64,000 nucleotides of DNA from an uncultured Acidobacteriota bacterium (GTDB taxonomy: Bacteria > Acidobacteriota > Blastocatellia > Pyrinomonadales > Pyrinomonadaceae). A program made the translations under genes and the position numbers. Positions 17,983 to 25,786 of this stretch are shown here, piece after piece. How positions within the stretch are numbered: the first letter of the stretch is position 1; every line of letters begins with the position of its first letter. The stretch spans positions 175,711-239,710 of the forward strand of contig CAVQEU010000002.1 in assembly GCA_963711585.1 (NCBI GenBank), read 5' to 3'. The notes beneath the pieces are model-generated. The model was given only the letters and a program-made list of their open reading frames with translations. It was not told where the DNA came from and ran no database searches.

Positions 17983-19023
17983 CAAAACTTGTCTATCAAA
18001 GATGTGGCACGCGAGGCGGGAGTTTCGACGGCGACCGTCTCGCACGTCATCAACAACACGAGGCACGTCTCGGACGAGGTCCGCGCGCGTGTGCTCGAAG
18101 CCATCAAGCGCTGCGACTACTACCCGAACGCGCAGGCGCGGAGCCTCGCCTCTGGGCGCAACCACACGCTCGGCCTTTTGATTTCAGACATCGCCAACCC
18201 GTTCTTCCCCGAGCTGGTCAAGAGCATCGAGACGGCGGCGTTCGAGCGCGGCTACGACGTGGTGCTGGCGAACACGAACTACGAGGCGGGGCGCACGTCG
18301 AACTACGTGCGCCGCTTGATAGAGCGCAAGGTCGCGGGCGTCGCCCTGATGACTTCGGAGTTGGACATGACGCTCGTGGACGAATTGGCGCGGCGTGACG
18401 TGTGCGTCGTCTTCCTCGACCAGGAGTTGTTCGGCGCGCACATGAGCAACCTCGTCGTCAATTACGCCGCCGGGATTGAAGAGGCGATTCAACACCTGGT
18501 CGCGCTCGGCCACAGGCGCATCAATTACATCGGCGGCCCTGCGCGGCTGCGCTCGGCGGCCAAGCGGCGCGAGGCGTTCACGGATTCGGTCGCGCGCCTG
18601 CTGCCGGGCTCGCGCCCCGTGATTTACGAAGGCGACTTCAAAATCGAGGGCGGCCGCCGGGCGGCGGGCCTGATGCTTGAGGGCGGGCGCACGCCGACCG
18701 CGGTCGTCGCCGCCAACGACATGATGGCGCTCGGCGCGATGCAGGAGTTCCGCGCCGCAGGGCTGACGGTCCCGCACGACATCTCGGTCGTCGGCTTCGA
18801 CGACATCGCGTTCGCCTCGCTGACGGACCCGCCGCTGACGACCGTCTGCCTGCCGCGCATGGAATTGGGCCTGCGCGCCGTCGAGGCGCTGATGACGACC
18901 ATCGAGCACACGGAGAGGCAGGGCGTCGAAATTCAAATCCCGACCTATCTCATCGCGCGCGGCTCGACCGCGCCCACGCAGAAGGCGGCCGTGAAAAAGC
19001 GTCGTCGCGGGTCGAAGAGATGA
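17929..19023 (+). CDS. LacI-family transcriptional regulator
   Basis: HTH motif IKDVAREAGVSTATVSHVINN plus a periplasmic-binding-protein-like core. The start is either ATG 17929 (inside repeat B2, adds 20 aa) or TTG 17989 (MSIKDVA..). Confidence 0.88.
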   Translation: MKEKRLPFFIPHPSSLIPQNLSIKDVAREAGVSTATVSHVINNTRHVSDEVRARVLEAIKRCDYYPNAQARSLASGRNHTLGLLISDIANPFFPELVKSIETAAFERGYDVVLANTNYEAGRTSNYVRRLIERKVAGVALMTSELDMTLVDELARRDVCVVFLDQELFGAHMSNLVVNYAAGIEEAIQHLVALGHRRINYIGGPARLRSAAKRREAFTDSVARLLPGSRPVIYEGDFKIEGGRRAAGLMLEGGRTPTAVVAANDMMALGAMQEFRAAGLTVPHDISVVGFDDIAFASLTDPPLTTVCLPRMELGLRAVEALMTTIEHTERQGVEIQIPTYLIARGSTAPTQKAAVKKRRRGSKR

Positions 19024-19094
19024 GTCAGTACCGCCTGCGGTAGCGGGCGGACTGTAGCGTCGAGCACCCGCCCGCTACCGCAGGCGGTACTGAC
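19024..19094. repeat. Family C perfect 27-bp inverted repeat (copy C2)
   Basis: gtcagtaccgcctgcggtagcgggcgg - 17 nt - ccgcccgctaccgcaggcggtactgac. Each arm holds an internal palindrome, taccgcctgcggta. It sits directly after the LacI stop. Confidence 0.9.
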
Positions 19095-19118
19095 CGAGGC
19101 TATCATCGGAGAGAAAGC

Positions 19119-20102
19119 ATGAAATCAATTCTCAACGGGCCGCGGACCGTGCTCCTGCTTTTGTGCGTCGTCGCGCTCGCGCTCTCGGGCTGCGGGAAGG
19201 AGGGCGGGCCAGGTTCCGGCAAAGAAGGGAAGCTGCGCGTAGGCTTCTCGCAGATGGAGAGCAACGGCCCCTGGCGTATCGCCGAGACAAGGAGCATGCG
19301 GGACGAGGCGGCCAAGCGCGCCGACCGCTTCGAGTTGGTCGTGACGGACGCGCGCGGAGACCTCGCCGTCCAGGTCGCCAACGTCGAGGGTTTGATCGCG
19401 CAGCGCGTTGACGCCATCTTCCTGGCTCCGCAGCAGGAGAAGGGCTTCGAGGGCGCGTTGCAGGCGGCGAAGGGAGCGGGCATCCCCGTCTTCCTCATCG
19501 ACCGCGAAGTTCAGGGCACGGCGGGCCAGGACTTCGTCACCTTCATCGGCTCGAATTTTGTCGAAGAGGGCAAGCGCGCGGGCGAGTGGCTCGTCAAGCA
19601 GACCAACGGGAAGGCAGGCATCATAGAACTGGTCGGCACGGCAGGCTCTTCGGTCGCGCGCGAGCGCCACGACGGCTTCGCCGCCGCGATCAAGTCTTCA
19701 CCCGAGATGAAAATCCTGGCCTCACAGAACGGCAACTTCACGCGCGCCGAAGGGCAGAAGATGATGGAGAATTTGATTCAGGCCCACGGCAAGGAGATTA
19801 CAGCCGTCTACGCGCACAACGACGAGATGGCGCTCGGCTCGATTCAGGCGCTCAAGGCCGCGGGCTTTCAGCCAGGCAAGGAGGTGCTGGTCGTCTCGGT
19901 TGACGGCCAGAAGTCAGCCCTTGAGGCAATCATGCGCGGCGAGATGAACGTCACCGTCGAATGCAACCCGCGCTTCGGCCCCATCGCCTTCGACACGCTC
20001 GAAAAATATCTCAAGGGCGAAAAACTTCCGCCCAAGATCATCGTCCCCGACAGGTTCTTCGACTCCTCGAACGCGGCGCAGTACGTGAACGAAGCATACT
20101 AG
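19119..20102 (+). CDS. ABC-type sugar-binding lipoprotein, YtfQ/ribose-binding-like (no cognate permease or ATPase in window)
   Basis: Lipobox LSGC. LRVGFSQMESNGPWRIAETRS..VDAIFLAPQQ..IPVFLIDR resembles the E. coli YtfQ layout as I recall it. Confidence 0.8.
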   Translation: MKSILNGPRTVLLLLCVVALALSGCGKEGGPGSGKEGKLRVGFSQMESNGPWRIAETRSMRDEAAKRADRFELVVTDARGDLAVQVANVEGLIAQRVDAIFLAPQQEKGFEGALQAAKGAGIPVFLIDREVQGTAGQDFVTFIGSNFVEEGKRAGEWLVKQTNGKAGIIELVGTAGSSVARERHDGFAAAIKSSPEMKILASQNGNFTRAEGQKMMENLIQAHGKEITAVYAHNDEMALGSIQALKAAGFQPGKEVLVVSVDGQKSALEAIMRGEMNVTVECNPRFGPIAFDTLEKYLKGEKLPPKIIVPDRFFDSSNAAQYVNEAY

Positions 20103-20103
20103 A

Positions 20104-20138
20104 GCAGTGTGCAGCAGGCAGTGGGCAGTGGGCAGTTA
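20104..20138. repeat. solo heptamer array (GCAGNNN x5) with family-B-like aaaagcg core
   Basis: gcagtgt gcagcag gcagtgg gcagtgg gcagtta followed by aaagcgcgcg. No complementary arm is seen. Confidence 0.6.
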
Positions 20139-20210
20139 AAAGCGCGCGTGCTCATGCGGCGAGTATTTTGATAGCGGTTTACATTGGGCGTCCGAAGGTG
20201 GCATGAACGG

Positions 20211-21827
20211 ATGTTTAGCCTGAGAACAAAGCGTGTGCTTCTTCTGCTGCTCTGTCTCTTCGCGTGTGTGAGTGCGGCGGCGCAGACGAGCACTTACACG
20301 AACCCCGTCATCGCGGGCGACTTCCCGGACCCTTCCGTCATACGCACGGGCAAGGACTACTGGGCGACGGCGACGACCGGCGACTGGGCGCCGCACTTTC
20401 CCATCCTGCACTCGACCGACCTCGTCAACTGGCGCGCGGTCGGCGCGGTCTTCCAGACGCCGCCCTCATGGGCCAGGGGCGACTTCTGGGCTCCCGAAAT
20501 TACCGAAGACCGCGGGCGCTACTTCGTCTACTACACTGCGCGCCGCGACGACGGCCCGAAGAAAGTTGGCACACTTTGCGTGGCCGTCGCGACCGCGCCC
20601 GCGCCCGCGGGGCCGTACACGGATCGCGGGCCGCTCGTGTGCCAAATCTCCGAGTTGAAGAACGTCGGCTCGATTGACGCTTTCTTCGTGCGCGACGAAA
20701 ACAATCAGCCTTACCTGGTCTGGAAGGCCGACGGCAACGACGCCGAGCCGGACCAGCCGACTTCCATCTTCGCGCAGCCCCTTTCGGAAGACGGCACACG
20801 ACTCCTCGGCAAGCGCAGGGAAATCCTGCGCAACACTGCCCCCTGGGAGAAGCACGTCACCGAAGGCTCCGCGATCATCCGCAGGGGCGGCTGGTTCTAC
20901 CACTTCTATTCGGGCAACGCGTGCTGCGGTCGCGGGTGCGACTACGCGTTGGGCGTCGCGCGCTCGCGGAAACTCCTCGGACCCTGGGAGAAGCATTCTT
21001 CGAATCCGATTCTGGACGAGAACGAGGCGTGGCAGTGTCCGGGCCACGGCAGCATTGTCACCACCGAAGACGGGCGCGACTTCCTGCTCTACCACGCTTA
21101 CCCCAGGCGCGCGGGCGCTTTCATTGTCGGGCGCGAGGCACTGCTGGACGAAATCAAGTGGAACGATGACGGCTGGCCCAGCATCAACGCAGGACGCGGG
21201 CCGAGCGGCACGGCCCCCGCGCCGCACGCACTGGCCGCCCACCTCGCGCCGGCCGAGTTCTTCGACGACTTTAATTTGGCACAGTTGGACGCGTCCTGGC
21301 AGTGGCCCATGAGAAGCCAGCAGTCGGCGCGCGTTGACGCGTCGTCCGGCCAGCTTGTGCTTCAGCCAGGTGCGGCGCAAACCTCGGACGAGTTGACGGG
21401 CGCGGTGCTGGCGCGGCGGGCCAACTCTGGCGATTACGTGGCGACGACCGCTGTGGACACGCGCGCGCTCGGGACGAAAGGGCGCGCGGGGCTTTCGGCT
21501 TACAGTTGGCGCGAGGACGCGGTCGGTGTTGCGGTCGGCGGCGGGCGCGTCTTCGTCTGGCGCCGCGAGGGGCGCGAGCAGCAGACGCCCGCCGCGACCG
21601 ATGCGCCCGCGTCTGCGCTCCTTTATCTGCGCATGACCGTCAAGGACGGGGAGCGATTCAGCTTCGCCTTCAGCACGGACGGACGCGAGTGGAAAGAAGT
21701 CGGCGGCACTATTAACGCCGGCAACGTGGAGGGCGCACACGTCGCGCTGACGGTGGGCGGAGCGACCGCGACCGCGCGCTTCGACTGGCTGAGGGTGACA
21801 CAGGCCGGGGCCGCGAAGAAGAATTGA
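20211..21827 (+). CDS. glycoside hydrolase family 43 with C-terminal ConA-like domain
   Basis: Signal peptide, then YTNPVIAGDFPDPSVIRTGKDYWATAT.. and WAPEI.. motifs. The C-terminal ~200 aa form a beta-sandwich-like tail. Confidence 0.85.
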   Translation: MFSLRTKRVLLLLLCLFACVSAAAQTSTYTNPVIAGDFPDPSVIRTGKDYWATATTGDWAPHFPILHSTDLVNWRAVGAVFQTPPSWARGDFWAPEITEDRGRYFVYYTARRDDGPKKVGTLCVAVATAPAPAGPYTDRGPLVCQISELKNVGSIDAFFVRDENNQPYLVWKADGNDAEPDQPTSIFAQPLSEDGTRLLGKRREILRNTAPWEKHVTEGSAIIRRGGWFYHFYSGNACCGRGCDYALGVARSRKLLGPWEKHSSNPILDENEAWQCPGHGSIVTTEDGRDFLLYHAYPRRAGAFIVGREALLDEIKWNDDGWPSINAGRGPSGTAPAPHALAAHLAPAEFFDDFNLAQLDASWQWPMRSQQSARVDASSGQLVLQPGAAQTSDELTGAVLARRANSGDYVATTAVDTRALGTKGRAGLSAYSWREDAVGVAVGGGRVFVWRREGREQQTPAATDAPASALLYLRMTVKDGERFSFAFSTDGREWKEVGGTINAGNVEGAHVALTVGGATATARFDWLRVTQAGAAKKN

Positions 21828-21887
21828 ACGGAAGTCTATCAAGCGTTCGCTTACTAACTCGCTGAAGACGCGCAAAGGGAGCCTTGA

Positions 21888-22784
21888 GTGGAAAAGATTA
21901 ATTACCTGGGACTTGATTGCTGCAAGCTCTCGAACGGCGAGGTCGAGCTGGTTGTCACGACGGGCGTCGGCCCGCGCGTCCTGCGTTACAGTTTTATCGG
22001 CGAAGAGAACGTGCTGGGCGAAGCGCCGGACGCGGTCGCTAAAACAGAACTCGGCGAGTGGCGCGCGTGGGGCGGCCACCGTCTCTGGATTGCGCCCGAG
22101 GCGAAGCCGCGCTCGTACGCGCCGGACAACGACCCCTTGACGTTCGAGCCCGTTGGGGAGAAAGGCATCAGGCTCGTGCAGCAGGCGGACGCGAGCGGCG
22201 TGCAGAAAGAGATGGCTATCGTACCGGACGCCGAAGGCACGGGCGTCTCCGTACATCACAAAATCACCAACCGTAATTTGTGGGCCATTGATGCGGCACC
22301 CTGGGCGCTGACGATCATGAACGGCGGGGGCGTCGCCATCTTCCCGCACGAGCCTTTCCGCGCCTGGGCAGACTATTTGTTGCCCGCGCGCCCGCTCGTC
22401 CTCTGGCACTACACGGACCTGACGGACGCGCGTTGGAGTTTCGGGAAAAGATACATCGGTCTGAGGTCGGACGAACAGAACCCGGAGCCGCAGAAGATCG
22501 GCCTGCTTAACAAGCAGGGGTGGGCCGCGTACCTGCGCGGCGAGACTCTCTTCGTCAAGCGCGCCGCTTACGTCGAGGGCGCGACCTACCCGGACTACAA
22601 CTGCAACTTCGAGACGTACACGGCGGGCGCTTTCATCGAGGTCGAATCGCTCGGCCCAATCGAGCGCCTTGAGCCTGACGAATCCGCAGACCACACCGAA
22701 CGCTGGTTCCTGCTTCGCGCGCCCGGCATCACGGTTGAAAACTTAGACGCAACGCTCGATGCGCTCGCGGCGCAGACTGAGTGA
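21888..22784 (+). CDS. DUF4380 / aldose-epimerase-like supersandwich protein
   Basis: GTG start. The GGHRLWIAPE motif and overall pattern match my recollection of DUF4380. Function is unverified. Confidence 0.5.
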   Translation: MEKINYLGLDCCKLSNGEVELVVTTGVGPRVLRYSFIGEENVLGEAPDAVAKTELGEWRAWGGHRLWIAPEAKPRSYAPDNDPLTFEPVGEKGIRLVQQADASGVQKEMAIVPDAEGTGVSVHHKITNRNLWAIDAAPWALTIMNGGGVAIFPHEPFRAWADYLLPARPLVLWHYTDLTDARWSFGKRYIGLRSDEQNPEPQKIGLLNKQGWAAYLRGETLFVKRAAYVEGATYPDYNCNFETYTAGAFIEVESLGPIERLEPDESADHTERWFLLRAPGITVENLDATLDALAAQTE

Positions 22785-22798
22785 CTGCGGCGACATTC

Positions 22799-22866
22799 CT
22801 TTGCGTCTTTGCGCCTCCAGCGTGAAAAATAAAAACCACTCACGCTGGAGGCGCAAAGACGCAAAG
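22799..22866. repeat. Family A octamer-arm hairpin (copy A3, perfect 27-bp stem)
   Basis: ctttgcgtctttgcgcctccagcgtga - 14 nt - tcacgctggaggcgcaaagacgcaaag. Confidence 0.92.
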
Positions 22867-22905
22867 AAGAGAGGCTTTTCTGATTAAGGCAGAAGGATTT
22901 TAACT

Positions 22906-24921
22906 ATGCGAAAAATCTTCGTGCTCTTTTTGTTTCTAACCTTCTTCGGCGGCGTGGAATTGGCACAGGCTCAGGAGGGTTCCGCGGCGAAGCCGTTTCT
23001 TCATCCGCTCTTCAGCGACGACATGGTGTTGCAGCGCGAGGTCAAGTTTCCCGTCTGGGGGTGGACGACGCCCGGCGCGAGCGTCACCGTCCAGTTGCGC
23101 GGGCAGAAGGCGACGGCGACCGCCGATGCCGACGGCAAGTGGCTGGCGCGGCTCGGACCCTTTGAGGCGGGCGGCCCTTACACGCTGACGATTTCTGGCC
23201 CACAGTCCGTGACGCTGAACAACGTGCTGGTCGGCGACGTCTGGCTCTGCTCGGGCCAGTCGAACATGGAGATGGGCGTCACACAGGTGGACAACGCCAA
23301 AGAGGAGGTCGCGCAGGCTAATTATCCTCGGGTTCGTCTCTTCGCCGTCCCGAAGACGATAGCCGCCGCGCCGCAGAGCACGGTCAACGGGCGCTGGCTG
23401 GTCGCGACCCCCGCGAACATCACGACGGGCGGGTGGGGCGGCTTCTCCGCGGTTGCTTACTTCTTCGGTCGCCACCTGCACAAGGAATTGAATGTCCCCA
23501 TCGGCCTGATTCATTCGTCCTGGGGCGGCACCGTGGCCGAAGGCTGGGTGAGCGCCGAAGCGCTCTCGGCGATGGAAGAGTTTCAGCCAGCCATCAAGAG
23601 TCTCGCGGAGACGATGACCGCGCCGGCGAAAGCCGCCGTTGACGTTGACAGGGCGACGGAAGCGTGGTGGCCCAAAAACGACCCCGGCTCAAGCTCCACG
23701 CCCCCTTGGTCGGACCCGGCGCTCGACGTGTCCCAGTGGAAGACGATGCGGCTGCCGCAACTATGGGAGGACGCGGGGCTCGCGGAGTACGACGGCGTGG
23801 CCTGGTTCCGCAGGACGTTCGAGTTGCCGGCCGACTGGTCCGGGCGCGACCTCGTGCTCAGTCTGGGGCCGATTGACGACCGCGACACGACGTTCGTCAA
23901 CGGCGTCCGCGTCGGCGCGATGAGCCAGTATGACGCGCCGCGCTCTTACAAGGTTCCCGCCTCCATCGTCAAACCCGGCGTCAACACGATAGCCGTGCGC
24001 GTGCTCGACACGGGCGTCGGAGGCGGCATCTACGGCTCGCCCGAGCAGATGAAAATTGTGCCAGCGGACGGCGGGGGCGCGGCCGTCTCGCTCGCGGGCG
24101 AGTGGAGTTACAGGCCGAGCGTCAAGCTCGGCGAGGTGAAGGAGGCCCCGCCGACGCAGCCTGCCAGCGGCAACCTGGGGCTGGTCAACGCGCGCTACAA
24201 CGGGATGATTGCGCCGCTCCTGCCCTTCGCTATCAAGGGCGCGATCTGGTATCAGGGCGAGTCAAACGTCGGGCGCGCTACGCAGTACGAGAGGCTTCTG
24301 CCCGTCATGATTCGCGACTGGCGCGCGCGCTTCCAGTCGGGCGACTTCCCGTTCCTGATCGTGCAGCTCGCCAACTACCTGGGCAGGAAAACTGTGCCAG
24401 GGGATTCGGAGTGGGCGCGGCTGCGCGAGGCGCAGCTAAAAATTTCGCAAGCGGTTCCGCGCGCGGGGCTGGCCGTCGCCATAGACATAGGCGACGCCAA
24501 AGACATACACCCTAAGAACAAGCAGGAGGTGGGCCGGCGGCTCGCGCTCGCCGCGCTCGAAATCGCTTACGGTAAAAAGGGGGCTTCCTCTGGCCCAGTT
24601 TATCGAAGTATGAAGGAAGACGGGGGCGTGATACGTCTCTCGTTCGACCACGCGGACGGAGGGCTGGTGATTAAGCCGGGCGCGGAAGGCTTAAGCGGCT
24701 TCGCCATCGCGGGCGAGGACAGGCGTTTCGTCTGGGCCGACGCGGTCGTCCACGGCAAGGAGGTCTGGCTCTCTTCGCCGTCGGTCAAATTCCCCATCGC
24801 CGTGCGCTACGGCTGGGCCGACAACCCCGTCAGCACCCTCTACAACGGCGCGGGACTCCCGGCCTCACCTTTCCGCACGGACGAGTTTAAAGCGGGAAGC
24901 TACGGGTCTGGGAGTAACTGA
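22906..24921 (+). CDS. SGNH-type carbohydrate/sialate O-acetylesterase family protein
   Basis: Signal peptide. GQSNME and WYQGESN motifs of the DUF303/sialate O-acetylesterase family, with an inserted beta-sandwich. Confidence 0.8.
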   Translation: MRKIFVLFLFLTFFGGVELAQAQEGSAAKPFLHPLFSDDMVLQREVKFPVWGWTTPGASVTVQLRGQKATATADADGKWLARLGPFEAGGPYTLTISGPQSVTLNNVLVGDVWLCSGQSNMEMGVTQVDNAKEEVAQANYPRVRLFAVPKTIAAAPQSTVNGRWLVATPANITTGGWGGFSAVAYFFGRHLHKELNVPIGLIHSSWGGTVAEGWVSAEALSAMEEFQPAIKSLAETMTAPAKAAVDVDRATEAWWPKNDPGSSSTPPWSDPALDVSQWKTMRLPQLWEDAGLAEYDGVAWFRRTFELPADWSGRDLVLSLGPIDDRDTTFVNGVRVGAMSQYDAPRSYKVPASIVKPGVNTIAVRVLDTGVGGGIYGSPEQMKIVPADGGGAAVSLAGEWSYRPSVKLGEVKEAPPTQPASGNLGLVNARYNGMIAPLLPFAIKGAIWYQGESNVGRATQYERLLPVMIRDWRARFQSGDFPFLIVQLANYLGRKTVPGDSEWARLREAQLKISQAVPRAGLAVAIDIGDAKDIHPKNKQEVGRRLALAALEIAYGKKGASSGPVYRSMKEDGGVIRLSFDHADGGLVIKPGAEGLSGFAIAGEDRRFVWADAVVHGKEVWLSSPSVKFPIAVRYGWADNPVSTLYNGAGLPASPFRTDEFKAGSYGSGSN

Positions 24922-24940
24922 TGAAGGGTTAGTGCGCGAA

Positions 24941-25519
24941 CTAAGCTTCCGGCGCTTCGTCGAAGCGCACGTTGCGGTAGATGTCGCTCAAACTCAGCGT
25001 AAGGCCGACTGACTCGAAGGCGCATTGTTCTGCGGGCTCGGTGAAGAGTTCCGTCTGCCAGGCGTCGTCGGTTCGGCGGTGAAGCTCGACCATCATCCCG
25101 TCCTGCGAGACGAGCGCGTATTCCCGCAGGCTCGGACAATTCTTGTAGGCGGCCAGCTTTTCGTGGCGGTCCGTGCGCTCCGTGGTCGGGCTCAAGACTT
25201 CTATGATGAGGCGCGGCTCGGTGCGAAAGTATGGGTCGGCGATGGGGTCGTCGCAAGTGACGACGGCGTCCGGGTAGTAGAAGAGGTCCGGGGCGACTCG
25301 GATTTTCATGTCGGCCATGAAAGCCTCGCACTCGTCGTCGGCTAGATGGTCGTTCAAACGTCCGGCGATATTCAACGCGATGCGGTTATGTCGCCCGCTC
25401 GCGCCGGCCATCGTATAGGCTTGGCCGCTCACGTACTCATGGCGCACCGCGCCGTCGCGTTCACCCGCCAGATAGTCCGCGACACTCAGGCTGAATCGTT
25501 CTCTGGGCAAGCTCATCAT
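24941..25519 (-). CDS. Uma2-family (DUF820) endonuclease
   Basis: ATG 25519 follows GGAGAGGAGG. HEYVSGQAYTMAG..PDAVV..IIEVLSPTT..D...K pattern is present. Confidence 0.8.
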   Translation of the reverse strand: MMSLPRERFSLSVADYLAGERDGAVRHEYVSGQAYTMAGASGRHNRIALNIAGRLNDHLADDECEAFMADMKIRVAPDLFYYPDAVVTCDDPIADPYFRTEPRLIIEVLSPTTERTDRHEKLAAYKNCPSLREYALVSQDGMMVELHRRTDDAWQTELFTEPAEQCAFESVGLTLSLSDIYRNVRFDEAPEA

Positions 25520-25609
25520 CAGAGACCTCCTCTCCGCGCTTTCCTTCATTATAGCCGCGCGGCCCGAAAGTGCGGAAGAAAAGATAAAGACGCGTTTATT
25601 CTCGTCGTT

Positions 25610-25668
25610 CCAGGGGTGGCGCGCTCACGCGCTTACCCCTGGCTATTATGTGTATCCCCTTCGGGGAT
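25610..25668. repeat. Family D half-element (copy D2)
   Basis: gcttacccctggctattatgtgtatccccttcggggat parallels the D1 right end gcttgcccccggctatcttgtttatcccctccggggat. Confidence 0.65.
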
Positions 25669-25786
25669 AAGACCTGAGTGTCTAATCGAAACCTGACATC
25701 GCCTCTGACACACTTTTTCAATCTATCTGCGCGAAGGTAAGATGCTAATAATTAAATTCGAGAGTTAAGAACGAGGGGCAGAGGTA

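Noticed and set aside
20169-20183. tgatagcggtttaca upstream of the GH43 gene as a LacI/GalR-type operator; also aagcgttcgctt at ~21845-21856
   Set aside because: The first is not symmetric about a central CG when checked base by base. The second is a 12-bp palindrome with a TT centre, unlike the TGnnAnCGnTnnCA pattern. There is not enough evidence to call either an operator.
20466-22694. 742-aa ORF on the minus strand, the longest antisense ORF in the track
   Set aside because: It lies antisense to the well-supported GH43 and DUF4380-like genes. Its product is Arg/Ala/Pro/Gly-rich with no motifs. This is a typical high-GC stop-codon-poor shadow frame.
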